Shown here piece by piece: positions 8,673 through 17,489 of a stretch of 64,000 nt of DNA (positions within the stretch are counted from its first letter, which is position 1; each line of letters opens with the position of its first letter). Source of the DNA: Gemmatimonadales bacterium. GTDB taxonomy: Bacteria > Gemmatimonadota > Gemmatimonadetes > Gemmatimonadales > GWC2-71-9. The notes beneath the pieces were generated by a model. It was not told the DNA's origin, made no database searches, and saw nothing but the letters and a program-made list of their open reading frames with translations. Both the position numbers and the translations under genes were made by a program. The stretch is taken from assembly GCA_038205305.1 (NCBI GenBank), contig JBBRBZ010000001.1:1811-65810 (forward strand), in the 5' to 3' direction.

Positions 8673-9116
8673 TCAGCCGGAGCTCGAGTCGCTCCGGGCG
8701 CTGCGTCCGGTGATGCGCGGTGGCGTCATGGTCACGAAGACCTTGTTCCGACCGCCCTGGCTGTCGAGACGAGCATCCTGACAGGTGCCATCGAACTTCG
8801 GGCTCCCCCGCCGCGAGAGTCGGCAGACCAAGACGCTCCCTTGACCCATGGCCCACGAAAAGGTCAGCACGTCGTCCTTCAGCTTCACGTCGCTCATGCC
8901 GTAGTCGGGGTTGTTGGGCGAGCGCAGGGTGATGGTGATGTCCTTCCCCTTCTGCTGGACGATCCAAGTCGCCTGCACGCTGTCGACATCTTCGCTGAGT
9001 ATCCAGCCTCGCCAGCTGCCCGAGGCGATGCTGGAGGTGGCGGGGAGTTGTGCCGTAGCCAGAGCGGGCACGAGCGCGGTGACGAGCAGGAATGGCAGAA
9101 AGCGACCACGGGGCAT
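8673..9116 (-). CDS. Hypothetical secreted protein (signal peptide)
   Basis: ORF 8673..9116. N-terminus MPRGRFLPFLLVTALVPALATAQ looks like a signal peptide. Balanced amino-acid composition, unlike the Arg/Gly-rich shadow ORFs that overlap it. Confidence 0.6.
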   Translation of the reverse strand: MPRGRFLPFLLVTALVPALATAQLPATSSIASGSWRGWILSEDVDSVQATWIVQQKGKDITITLRSPNNPDYGMSDVKLKDDVLTFSWAMGQGSVLVCRLSRRGSPKFDGTCQDARLDSQGGRNKVFVTMTPPRITGRSARSDSSSG

Positions 9117-9173
9117 GCAGGGCTCCAGAAGGGCTGCCGGAATATGCGGCCGTGCGTGTCGGCGCGCGAGCCG

Positions 9174-9608
9174 CTAGTCGTCGTCGCGGCGGCGCCGCTC
9201 CCGCTTGATGGCGCCGCGCCGCTTCTTGTCGTCCAGGCGGGCCCGCTTCGCGGCCTTGCTCGGCTTGGTGGCGCGTCGAGTCCGGGGGACCACCATCGCC
9301 TTGGCAACGATCGCCCGAAAACGTTCGAGCGCCGCCTCCCGATTCCGCAACTGGCTGCGTTCTTCCTGGGCGACGATGCGCAACTGGCCACTGCTGTCGA
9401 GCCGCGGTGCGAGCCGCTGCAATAGCCACGCACGGGTCTCTTCCGGCAGCGAAAGCGAGCCGGCAAGATCCCACGTCAATTCAATGCGCGTGGAGGAGGT
9501 GTTGACGTGCTGCCCGCCGGGACCCCCGCTGCGGGTGGCCCGGAACGCGAGTTCGCTGCGCGGCACGCGCAGGGCGGGGGTCACCTCGATCCAGTCCGTC
9601 TCTGCCAT
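9174..9608 (-). CDS. arfB: Alternative ribosome-rescue factor ArfB (YaeJ; peptidyl-tRNA hydrolase with GGQ motif)
   Basis: ORF 9174..9608. SGGPGGQHVNTSSTRIEL, a GGQ release-factor-like domain, plus a basic K/R-rich C-terminal tail. Confidence 0.9.
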   Translation of the reverse strand: MAETDWIEVTPALRVPRSELAFRATRSGGPGGQHVNTSSTRIELTWDLAGSLSLPEETRAWLLQRLAPRLDSSGQLRIVAQEERSQLRNREAALERFRAIVAKAMVVPRTRRATKPSKAAKRARLDDKKRRGAIKRERRRRDDD

Positions 9609-9671
9609 GGCTCGACGCTAATCACGTCGCCGCAGGGGCGATAGAGGCCGCCCCCCGTTACGTTTTGATCG

Positions 9672-10304
9672 ATGCGCTGCCTCGGTCGGCTGGTCTTGGC
9701 GATTCTCCTCCTGCTGCTGGTCGCAGCGGGTTGGCTCTACCGCGACGAACTCACGCGGTGGCTGCGTGGTCGCCTCAATCCGGCGAGTCAAGCAGCCCGG
9801 ATCGGGCACCCCTCCGATGGAGCCATGCACTCGGCAATGCAGAAGGGCGACTCCCTGCTGCGCTTTCACCCCGACTCCGTGCTCCTCTCCCCCGATGAGA
9901 TGGCCTCCCTGATTGCATCCGGCGCACGATTCCTTCCCACCGGCGCGCTCGATTCGATCTCGGTCGAACTTGGCGACCGCACCATCCGCATGCGGACCCT
10001 GGTGCGCACCGCCAAGCTGCCGAAGCGACTGCTCGACTATCTCCCGGTCACCCCGGATTCCCTCGAGGAAGTCATCGCCAGCGGGACGCTCACGCCGGTT
10101 CGCTCTGGTGTCGCGGAGCTCGCCCTCACCCGCGTGCTGGTGCGCGGGCTGCCGGTGCCGAGCGAGCTGGTGGCGCGGATGGTCGGGAAGGTCACCGGTC
10201 GGGCCGACGATGGTCGCTTGGAAATTCTCTTGCCGTCAACGATCTCCGGCTTCCGGGTCCGGACCACTGGCGTGACGATCTATCGCAATGGCGGACGGCC
10301 GTGA
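9672..10304 (+). CDS. Hypothetical N-terminally membrane-anchored protein
   Basis: ORF 9672..10304. TM helix LGRLVLAILLLLLVAAGWL. Its stop overlaps the GTG start of the next gene (GTGA). Confidence 0.6.
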   Translation: MRCLGRLVLAILLLLLVAAGWLYRDELTRWLRGRLNPASQAARIGHPSDGAMHSAMQKGDSLLRFHPDSVLLSPDEMASLIASGARFLPTGALDSISVELGDRTIRMRTLVRTAKLPKRLLDYLPVTPDSLEEVIASGTLTPVRSGVAELALTRVLVRGLPVPSELVARMVGKVTGRADDGRLEILLPSTISGFRVRTTGVTIYRNGGRP

Positions 10305-11689
10305 AGGGCCACCTGCTCGTGGTGGACGACGAACGCTCGATTCGCGATGTCCTGGCCCAGGTGCTCGGATACGAAGGCTACGACGTGGTGACGGCGGGGT
10401 CGGGCGGGGAGGCGCTGACGCTGTTCCGCACGCGGCCGTTCGATCTCGTCCTGCTCGATGTGAAGATGCGGGGCATCGACGGCATCGAAACGCTGCACCA
10501 GTTGCGGCAACAGGATCCCGGTGCCCGCGTCGTGATGATCTCGGGGCACAGCAGCATCGCCACGGCGGTGCAGTCAGTGAAGGACGGGGCGTTCGACTTT
10601 CTGGAGAAGCCGCTCGACTCCGATCGTTTGCTGCTCACCATCAAACGAGCCCTCGAACACCGGGAGCTCGCTGGCGAAAATGCCCGGCTGCGCGAGGGAC
10701 TGGCCAAGGCCACCGACTCGCGCTTCGCGATGGTCGGGGAGAGTGCAGGACTCGCCAAGATCCGCGAGCTGGTGGGGCGGGTCGGTCCGACCAATGCCCG
10801 AGTGCTCATCACCGGCGAGAATGGCAGCGGCAAGGAACTCGTCGCGCGCGCGATCCATGAGGCCTCAATCCGCAAGGCCCGGCCCTTCGTCGAGGTCAAT
10901 TGCGCGGCGATTCCGAGCGAGCTGGTCGAGAGCGAACTCTTCGGACACACCAAGGGCGCCTTCACCGGAGCGACGGCGGACACCTCCGGCAAGTTCGAGG
11001 CGGCCGATCGCGGGACGCTCTTTCTCGACGAGATTGGCGACCTGGCACTGGCCGCCCAGGCGAAGATTCTCCGTGCCCTGCAGGAAGGAGTGATTCTCCG
11101 GGTCGGCGACAACAAGCCGATCATCGTGGATGTCCGCGTGATTGCCGCCACCAACCGCGACCTCGCCGATGAAATCGAGGCGGGGCGGTTCCGCGAAGAT
11201 CTCTACTTCCGGCTCAACGTGATGCCCATCCATGTGCCGCCGCTGCGGACCCGGCGGGGCGACATTCCCGCCCTGGTGGAACACTTCGTCCACTCCCTCG
11301 GCACCGGTCCCGGCATGACACCCAAGCTGTTCTCCGCGGAAGCACTCACGCTGCTCCAGCGCCGGCAGTGGCCGGGCAATGTGCGGGAGCTCCGGAACGC
11401 CGTCGAGCGGCTGCTGATCCTCTCCTCGGGGCTCGAAGTCACCGTGGAGGATATTCGGGCAGTGCTTCCCGCAGAAACCGGCTCGGCGCTCGATCCGGTG
11501 GAGTTCGCCGCCAGTGTGCGCGGCCGGACCCTCGCCGAGTTTCGGGACGACTCGGAGCGCGCCTATATCCTCGCGACCCTGCGCGAGTACCATTGGAACG
11601 TCTCGGAGGTCGCCCGCAGTCTCGGACTGCGGCGCTCGACCCTCTACAACAAGATGGAAAAGTTCGACCTCGGGAGGATTCCATCGTGA
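10301..11689 (+). CDS. Sigma-54-dependent response regulator (NtrC/AtoC family: REC + AAA+ + Fis-type HTH)
   Basis: ORF 10301..11689 with GTG start. Receiver LLVVDDE...LVLLDVKMRGIDG. AAA+ region with Walker A GENGSGKE, ESELFGHTKGAFTGA (GAFTGA loop) and RFREDLYFRLNV. C-terminal HTH ARSLGLRRSTLYNKM. Confidence 0.92.
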   Translation: MKGHLLVVDDERSIRDVLAQVLGYEGYDVVTAGSGGEALTLFRTRPFDLVLLDVKMRGIDGIETLHQLRQQDPGARVVMISGHSSIATAVQSVKDGAFDFLEKPLDSDRLLLTIKRALEHRELAGENARLREGLAKATDSRFAMVGESAGLAKIRELVGRVGPTNARVLITGENGSGKELVARAIHEASIRKARPFVEVNCAAIPSELVESELFGHTKGAFTGATADTSGKFEAADRGTLFLDEIGDLALAAQAKILRALQEGVILRVGDNKPIIVDVRVIAATNRDLADEIEAGRFREDLYFRLNVMPIHVPPLRTRRGDIPALVEHFVHSLGTGPGMTPKLFSAEALTLLQRRQWPGNVRELRNAVERLLILSSGLEVTVEDIRAVLPAETGSALDPVEFAASVRGRTLAEFRDDSERAYILATLREYHWNVSEVARSLGLRRSTLYNKMEKFDLGRIPS

Positions 11690-12150
11690 CGGACCCGCGC
11701 AATTGGGACAAAGAGCTCGACAAGATCGACAAGCTCATGACGGCCGACCGGACCGGGGCACCGTCGAGTGTACCCGCCAGGACGGCTGGTGCGCCCGGGC
11801 AGTCGGCACCGGCGCCGCGCGCGTCAGCGGGCGCGGGGGCCGTCGCCACTCGTCCGCGCGACACGATCGGCATCTGGTTGCGCGCGTTGCTTGGCCTGCT
11901 CGGTGCTGCGGCGCTGGCGTACTGGCCCTACAACAAGGCCTGCGGCACGACTCTGTACACCTACCTCGCCGGCGTCTCGGCCATCATCGGCATGGGCGTC
12001 TATACCATGCGTCATTCCTGGACTCACCGACGCGGCATTGCGCACATGGTGGGTCTCCTCGTGCTGTTCGCGGGCCTCGCGCTCGCGGCGGCTGAAATTC
12101 TCCCGCGCATTGGCTACGCGGCCACTGCCCTGACCTGGACCTGTCCTTGA
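11686..12150 (+). CDS. Hypothetical small membrane protein (3 predicted TM helices)
   Basis: ORF 11368..12150 trimmed to GTG 11686, which forms a GTGA overlap with the regulator stop. Hydrophobic segments IGIWLRALLGLLGAAALAYW, LYTYLAGVSAIIGMGVY and MVGLLVLFAGLALAAAEIL. Confidence 0.55.
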   Translation: MTDPRNWDKELDKIDKLMTADRTGAPSSVPARTAGAPGQSAPAPRASAGAGAVATRPRDTIGIWLRALLGLLGAAALAYWPYNKACGTTLYTYLAGVSAIIGMGVYTMRHSWTHRRGIAHMVGLLVLFAGLALAAAEILPRIGYAATALTWTCP

Positions 12151-12165
12151 CCTCCGAAATCATCC

Positions 12166-13656
12166 ATGGCTAAAACCTTCAAGAATTTCATCGACGGCCA
12201 GTGGGTTGCCCCCCAGGCCGGCAAGTATTTCACCAACCACAATCCCGCCGACACGCGGGACGTCATCGGTCGCTTTCCCGACTCGGGTGCTGCTGATCTG
12301 ACCCATGCGGTGCGTGCCGCTCGTGATGGCTTCGCGCTCTGGTCGCGCACGCCCGCGCCACTCCGTGGCGAGGTGCTGCGGCGGGTTGGTGACCTGATGA
12401 CCGCGCGGAAGGAGGAACTCGCCAACGCCATGACGCGCGAGATGGGCAAGGTCCTCGCCGAGACGCGCGGTGATGTGCAAGAGGGGATCGACACCGCCTA
12501 CTACGCCGCCACTGAGGGACGTCGACTCTTCGGCAAGACGGTGCCGTCGGAATTGCGTCGCAAGTGGGCGATGAGCGTGCGCCGTCCGATCGGTGTGGCC
12601 GGCCTGATCACGCCGTTCAACTTTCCGATGGCGATTCCGACTTGGAAGGCGTTTCCGGCCATCCTGTGCGGCAACTCCGTCATCTTCAAGCCGTCGGAGG
12701 ATGTGCCGCACTCCGGCCACTTGCTGGTGGAGATCCTGCTCGAGGCCGGACTCCCGCCCAGTGCGATCCAGCTCGTGCACGGCGGCGCCACGGTAGGGAA
12801 GGCGATGGTGGCCCATCCGTCCATTCCGCTGATCTCCTTCACCGGCTCGACCGAGACTGGGTCGAACATCGGCGAAGTCTGCGGCCGGATGCACAAGCGG
12901 CTCTCGCTCGAGATGGGCGGCAAGAACGCCATGATCGTGATGGACGATGCCGATCTCGATCTCGCCATCGACGGCGTGCTCTGGGGCGCCTTCGGGACCA
13001 CCGGCCAGCGCTGCACCGCCACCTCGCGGCTGATCATTCACCGCAAGGTGCACGACCGATTCGTGGCCAAGCTGATCGCCGCCACCGAGAAGCTGGTGCT
13101 TGGCGATGGACGCCAGCCCCGCACCCAAGTCGGCCCGTTGATCCACGAAGCGGCGCGCGAGAAAGTGGAGCGGTACGTCGAGATCGGTCGAAGCGAGGGC
13201 GCCGAGGTCGTGACCGGTGGTCAGCGCCCGCGTGGCGCCAAGACAGCGAACGGCTACTTCTATCGTCCCACCATCTTCACCGGGGTCAAGCCCGGCTCCC
13301 GCTTGGCGATGGAGGAGATCTTCGGTCCGGTCCTCAGCGTCATCCAGGTCAACTCCTATGACCAGGCGGTCAAGGTCAACAATGAGGTGAAGTACGGCCT
13401 GTCGAGTTCCCTCTACACCCGCGACGTGAACCTGGCGTTTCGGGGGATGGAGGACCTGCAGAACGGCATCACCTACATCAACGCGCCGACCATCGGTGCC
13501 GAGGCGCACCTGCCGTTCGGTGGCGTGAAGCAGACCGGCAACGGACACCGCGAGGGCGGCTGGGAAGTCTACGACTTCTACTCGGAGACCAAGGTCTGCT
13601 ACGTCGACTTCTCCGGATCGCTGCAGCGCGCGCAGATCGATACGTACGACGTCTGA
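12166..13656 (+). CDS. NAD(P)+-dependent aldehyde dehydrogenase family protein
   Basis: ORF 12166..13656. ITPFNFP, FKPSE, LEMGGKNA (catalytic Glu) and GQRCTATSR (catalytic Cys) are ALDH hallmarks. Confidence 0.92.
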   Translation: MAKTFKNFIDGQWVAPQAGKYFTNHNPADTRDVIGRFPDSGAADLTHAVRAARDGFALWSRTPAPLRGEVLRRVGDLMTARKEELANAMTREMGKVLAETRGDVQEGIDTAYYAATEGRRLFGKTVPSELRRKWAMSVRRPIGVAGLITPFNFPMAIPTWKAFPAILCGNSVIFKPSEDVPHSGHLLVEILLEAGLPPSAIQLVHGGATVGKAMVAHPSIPLISFTGSTETGSNIGEVCGRMHKRLSLEMGGKNAMIVMDDADLDLAIDGVLWGAFGTTGQRCTATSRLIIHRKVHDRFVAKLIAATEKLVLGDGRQPRTQVGPLIHEAAREKVERYVEIGRSEGAEVVTGGQRPRGAKTANGYFYRPTIFTGVKPGSRLAMEEIFGPVLSVIQVNSYDQAVKVNNEVKYGLSSSLYTRDVNLAFRGMEDLQNGITYINAPTIGAEAHLPFGGVKQTGNGHREGGWEVYDFYSETKVCYVDFSGSLQRAQIDTYDV

Positions 13657-13749
13657 GAGGAGAACAGAGAACAGAGAACGGAGAACCGAGGACGGAGGGT
13701 GTCCCCTCCAATCTCCGTTCTCCGTTCTCCGTTCTCCAACTTCCGTCCA
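13657..13749. repeat. Long imperfect inverted repeat whose arms are tandem heptamers (GGAGAAC x ~6 / GTTCTCC x ~7); probable terminator hairpin
   Basis: Read directly. Left arm 13657..13699 is gaGGAGAACAGAGAACAGAGAACGGAGAACCGAGGACGGAGGG. The loop is tgtc. Right arm 13704..13749 is CCCTCCAATCTCCGTTCTCCGTTCTCCGTTCTCCAACTTCCGTCCA. It starts 1 nt after the ALDH stop codon. Confidence 0.8.
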
Positions 13750-13834
13750 CCTTCTTGCGCATTCTGGCAGTGTGTGGGTACGCTTCTTCACACTCCGGCA
13801 CAATTGAAGTTCCGTCACACACGAGGTTCGTGTC

Positions 13835-14704
13835 ATGCGACCATTGCGAGTCGGCATCGGTAGTCGCGGCAACGGGTCCGACGAGGGCTCACTCGACGTC
13901 TACCTGCACGACATTGCACGGTTTCCGCTCATCACGCAGGCAGATGAAGTCCGCCTCGCGCAGCGCATCCATCAGGGCGACGACGAGGCGCTCGACACGC
14001 TGGTCCGCAGCAACCTCCGCTTCGTGGTCTCCGTCGCCAAGAAGTACCAGAATCAGGGTGTCTCGCTCGCCGACCTGATCAACGAGGGCAACCTCGGCCT
14101 GATCCGCGCCGCCCATAAGTTCGACGAGACCAAGAATATCAAGTTCATCTCCTACGCCGTCTGGTGGATCCGGCAGTCGATCCTCCAGGCGCTCGCCGAG
14201 CAGTCGCGCATCGTGCGCGTGCCCCTCAATCGCGCCGGCTTGCTCCACCGGATCAGCAAGCGGGCGGCGGCCCTCCAGCAGGAACTTGGGCGGGCGCCGA
14301 CCGCCACCGAAATCGCCGAGGGGATGGACCTTGGGGTCGAGGAGATCGAGCACACCATGGCGATTTCCCAGGTCCACCTCTCGCTGGACTCCCCCCTCAC
14401 CCCCGGCGAGGAGAATCGCCTGCTCGACTATCTCCCCGACGCCCTGGACCGCGGCTCCGATGCCGTGGCCATGGATCATGCGCTTTCCGAGAGTATCGAG
14501 ACCGTCTTCAAGTCGCTCCGGGAACGGGAGGTCCGCATCCTCCGGATGTATTTCGGCATGGATTCCCCTGAGCCGCTCACCCTCGAGGAAATCGGCGAGA
14601 TCCTGGGGATCACCCGCGAACGGGTGCGACAGATCAAGGAGAAGGCGCTGGTCCGGCTCCGCCACGCCGGCGAGGCGCAGGCGCTGGCGGCGTTTCTCGG
14701 ATAG
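13835..14704 (+). CDS. RNA polymerase sigma-70 family factor, RpoD/SigA-like (short form, regions 1.2-4)
   Basis: ORF 13835..14704. LDVYLHDIARFPLIT (region 1.2), NLRFVVSVAKKY and DLINEGNLGLIRAAHKFD (region 2), FISYAVWWIRQSI, and LTLEEIGEILGITRERVRQIKEKAL (region 4.2). Confidence 0.9.
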   Translation: MRPLRVGIGSRGNGSDEGSLDVYLHDIARFPLITQADEVRLAQRIHQGDDEALDTLVRSNLRFVVSVAKKYQNQGVSLADLINEGNLGLIRAAHKFDETKNIKFISYAVWWIRQSILQALAEQSRIVRVPLNRAGLLHRISKRAAALQQELGRAPTATEIAEGMDLGVEEIEHTMAISQVHLSLDSPLTPGEENRLLDYLPDALDRGSDAVAMDHALSESIETVFKSLREREVRILRMYFGMDSPEPLTLEEIGEILGITRERVRQIKEKALVRLRHAGEAQALAAFLG

Positions 14705-14713
14705 TATTGGGGC

Positions 14714-15217
14714 ATGGCAAGCAATTCCTCATTCGATATCTCGACCGGCGTCGACCTGCAGGAAGTTGACAATGCGGTCAATCAGGCCGAGAAGGAGATC
14801 GCCCAACGCTACGACTTCAAGGGCACCCGATGCACGATCGCCTTTGATCGGGCCAAGGGGACCATCGCGCTCCACGCCGATGATGACTTCCGCATGGAAC
14901 CGCTGCTTGAAGCGGTGCGCGGCCGCCTGATCAAGCGGGGCGTACCGGTCAAGAACCTGAAGATCGGCGATCGCGTGCCCGGGGCGGGCAGCTCCGTGCA
15001 CGTCGAGGTCACGCTGGCCCAGGGCATCCCTACCGAAACCGCCAAGAAGATCCAGAAGGCCATCAAGGAAAACGGCTTCAAGAAGGTGCAGGCCGCCATC
15101 CAGGGCGACGAGCTCCGCGTCACCTCGCCTTCGCGCGACGAGCTGCAGGCCGTGATGGCGTTTCTTCGCAGCCAGGATTTCGACGTGGAGCTTTCGTTCG
15201 GCAACTTCCGCGGGTGA
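14714..15217 (+). CDS. yajQ: YajQ-family nucleotide (c-di-GMP)-binding protein (UPF0234)
   Basis: ORF 14714..15217. SSFDISTGVDLQEVDNAVNQAEKEIAQRYDFKG at the N-terminus and FGNFRG at the C-terminus are characteristic of YajQ. Confidence 0.88.
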   Translation: MASNSSFDISTGVDLQEVDNAVNQAEKEIAQRYDFKGTRCTIAFDRAKGTIALHADDDFRMEPLLEAVRGRLIKRGVPVKNLKIGDRVPGAGSSVHVEVTLAQGIPTETAKKIQKAIKENGFKKVQAAIQGDELRVTSPSRDELQAVMAFLRSQDFDVELSFGNFRG

Positions 15218-16461
15218 ACAGACACCGCCGGGCGGCGCTCGCGATCGCGGTGGCCCTCAGTGCCGGATCGTGTGTCCCCCAGGAACAGCCCCAGGATGTG
15301 CAGCCCGTTGCGGCGCGATCTCCCGGCCCCGAGGTTCGCATCGGACTCGTGGTCGATGCACCGAAGGTGACCATCGGCGGCGCGGGCGCCCTCAGCATCA
15401 TTGATCCGGATGAAGGGCCCATCTACCAGCTCCCTGCGCAGACGACCGTGGTGGTCGGACCACGGCCGAATGCGATCGGCCTGATCGATGTCTCGCCCAC
15501 CCTGGTTCGGCGGCTCCTCGTGGTCAGTGCGGTCGACAGCGAGGCGCCGGTGCGTGTGAATGGACGCGACTACCGAGGCACCCTCGAACTGCGCCGAGGT
15601 GTGAATGGTGTCGTGGTCGTCAATCGGATCGGACTCGAGGCCTACATCACTGGGGTGGTGGGCGCGGAGATGGGTCGGCGCGCACCGGGTGAGGAGGAGG
15701 CGCTCAAAGCGCAGGCGGTGGTGTCTCGCACCTATGCGCTTCGCAACAGCGGTCGCTACGCCGCCCAGGGATTCGACCTGATGGCCGACGTGAGTGATCA
15801 GGCCTATGCCGGCATTGCCAACGAGAATCCGATGGCCACCGCGGCGGTGGAGGCGACCCGTGGCGAGATCCTGACCTACAACGGCGCGCCCATCGATGCC
15901 TTCTATTTTTCCACCTGTGCCGGGCGCACCGAGGATGGCTCCTCCGTCTTCAGCGGGGCCAGCCGTCCCTACCTGCGCTCGGTTGATGACCACGACCCGG
16001 CCGGCATCGCCTGGTGCGCCGCCTCGCCCCGCTTTCGCTGGAGTGAGAGTTGGACCAGGGCCGAGCTCACGGCCATCCTCAAACAGACCCTCCCGGCCAA
16101 CAACCTGCCGGCGAACTCGGCCACCGACCTCACCGAGATGCGGGTTCTCTCGCGCACGGCCAGCGGCCGCATCGCGGCGCTGGAGTTGTCCGGCCGCTCG
16201 GCCCGAACCACCCTGCGGGGGCAGGTCATCCGGCGAGTGCTCGCCCCTACCGGCGGGGGGATCCTGCGGAGTAACGACTTCACGGTGCGACTCTCCCGGG
16301 CCGGGGGAAAGATCGAGCGGATCGACATCGATGGGCGCGGCAACGGCCATGGCGTGGGGATGTGCCAGTGGGGGGCCGTCGGACGGTCCCGAGCCGGGGA
16401 GATCTACCCCCACATCCTGAGCAGCTACTTTCCGGGTACGGAACTGCAGCGCGCATTCTGA
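15214..16461 (+). CDS. SpoIID/LytB-domain protein (peptidoglycan lytic transglycosylase / amidase enhancer family), lipoprotein-like N-terminus
   Basis: ORF 15214..16461 with GTG start overlapping the yajQ stop (GTGA). LEAYITGVVGAEM, ALKAQAVVSRTYAL, DQAYAG and FYFSTCAGRTED are SpoIID-domain motifs. N-terminus ALSAGSC. Confidence 0.85.
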   Translation: MNRHRRAALAIAVALSAGSCVPQEQPQDVQPVAARSPGPEVRIGLVVDAPKVTIGGAGALSIIDPDEGPIYQLPAQTTVVVGPRPNAIGLIDVSPTLVRRLLVVSAVDSEAPVRVNGRDYRGTLELRRGVNGVVVVNRIGLEAYITGVVGAEMGRRAPGEEEALKAQAVVSRTYALRNSGRYAAQGFDLMADVSDQAYAGIANENPMATAAVEATRGEILTYNGAPIDAFYFSTCAGRTEDGSSVFSGASRPYLRSVDDHDPAGIAWCAASPRFRWSESWTRAELTAILKQTLPANNLPANSATDLTEMRVLSRTASGRIAALELSGRSARTTLRGQVIRRVLAPTGGGILRSNDFTVRLSRAGGKIERIDIDGRGNGHGVGMCQWGAVGRSRAGEIYPHILSSYFPGTELQRAF

Positions 16462-16478
16462 ACGAACGAGGGTGAGTG

Positions 16479-17489
16479 ATGACCGAACGGATACGGCTGG
16501 GCATCGTGGGCGCCGGGGCGGCGACCCAGGTCGGGCATTTGCCAGCGCTGAAGCGACTGAAGGAAATCCAGGTCGTCGGCATCTGCGACAATGACCTGGC
16601 CAAGGCGCGCGCCCTTGCTGACCGCTTCGCGATTCCCGACGTCTTCTCAGACATCCAGGAACTGGTGGAGTTTGAGCAGCTCGACGCGCTGCTGGTGTGC
16701 ACGCCGAGTCACCTGCACGAGTCGCACGTGATGGCGGGATTGAGCTCCAAGCTGCATGTCTTCGTCGAACGCCCTCTCGGCATGACCGCGGCCGGGGCGA
16801 CGAAACTCGTCAAAGCGGCGCAGCGCCACGATCGCGTGGTGATGGTGGGCGCCAACCATCGCTACCGTCCCGATGTGCAGCAGATCCGCGCTTGCGTGCA
16901 GAACGGCGAGCTGGGCGATCTTGAATCGATTCGCGCCTGGTGGTTCATGGCCAGGGCGGGGCGTGCCTCGATGGGATGGCGCCAGAAGCGCGAGTTCTCC
17001 GGCGGCGGAGCAATGCTCGACCTCGGGCTCGGCATGCTCGACCTCTCGCTCTGGCTTACCGGCTTTGCCCCGGCCGCGCGGGCCTCGGCCGTCTTCCCGA
17101 CACGCGGCCGAGAGAAGGGCGTGGAGCCATCTGGCACGGCGATGGTCGCCCTCGAGAACGGCGCGGCGATCCACCTCGACGTGTCGTGGCGATTCGTCGG
17201 CCCGGGCGAGCGCTACGGCCTCGCGATCCGGGGCGCCCGCGGCTCGGCGCGCATCAACCCGCTGACGATCTGGAAAGATTTCCACGGCGTGCCGCAGGAT
17301 GTCGCCCAGTCGGGTGCCCACTCGCGGGAGACGCCATTTGCGCTCGGTGCCCGAGCGCAGTGGGCCCACTTTGCCGCGGTCGTGCGCGGCGATGTCAAGG
17401 CGCCCGACCTCGCCGAGCAGGTGACCGTCCTCAAGGTGATGGAGGCGATCTACGCCTCGGCAGAGCAGGGGAAGGACGTCGCGCTGTGA
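16479..17489 (+). CDS. Gfo/Idh/MocA-family NAD(P)-dependent oxidoreductase
   Basis: ORF 16476..17489. ATG 16479 is preferred over GTG 16476 (GAGGGTGAG lies upstream). IRLGIVGAGAATQVGHLPAL Rossmann N-terminus, then ALLVCTPSHLH...VFVERPL. Confidence 0.85.
   Translation: MTERIRLGIVGAGAATQVGHLPALKRLKEIQVVGICDNDLAKARALADRFAIPDVFSDIQELVEFEQLDALLVCTPSHLHESHVMAGLSSKLHVFVERPLGMTAAGATKLVKAAQRHDRVVMVGANHRYRPDVQQIRACVQNGELGDLESIRAWWFMARAGRASMGWRQKREFSGGGAMLDLGLGMLDLSLWLTGFAPAARASAVFPTRGREKGVEPSGTAMVALENGAAIHLDVSWRFVGPGERYGLAIRGARGSARINPLTIWKDFHGVPQDVAQSGAHSRETPFALGARAQWAHFAAVVRGDVKAPDLAEQVTVLKVMEAIYASAEQGKDVAL

Noticed and set aside
12160-13872. 570-aa minus-strand ORF
   Set aside because: It is exactly antisense to the well-supported aldehyde dehydrogenase gene. 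Its product is Arg/Gly/His/Leu-rich with no recognisable motifs. It is a typical shadow ORF of high-GC DNA.
14809-16413. 534-aa minus-strand ORF
   Set aside because: It is antisense to the yajQ and SpoIID/LytB-domain genes, both of which have clear family motifs. It shows shadow-ORF composition.
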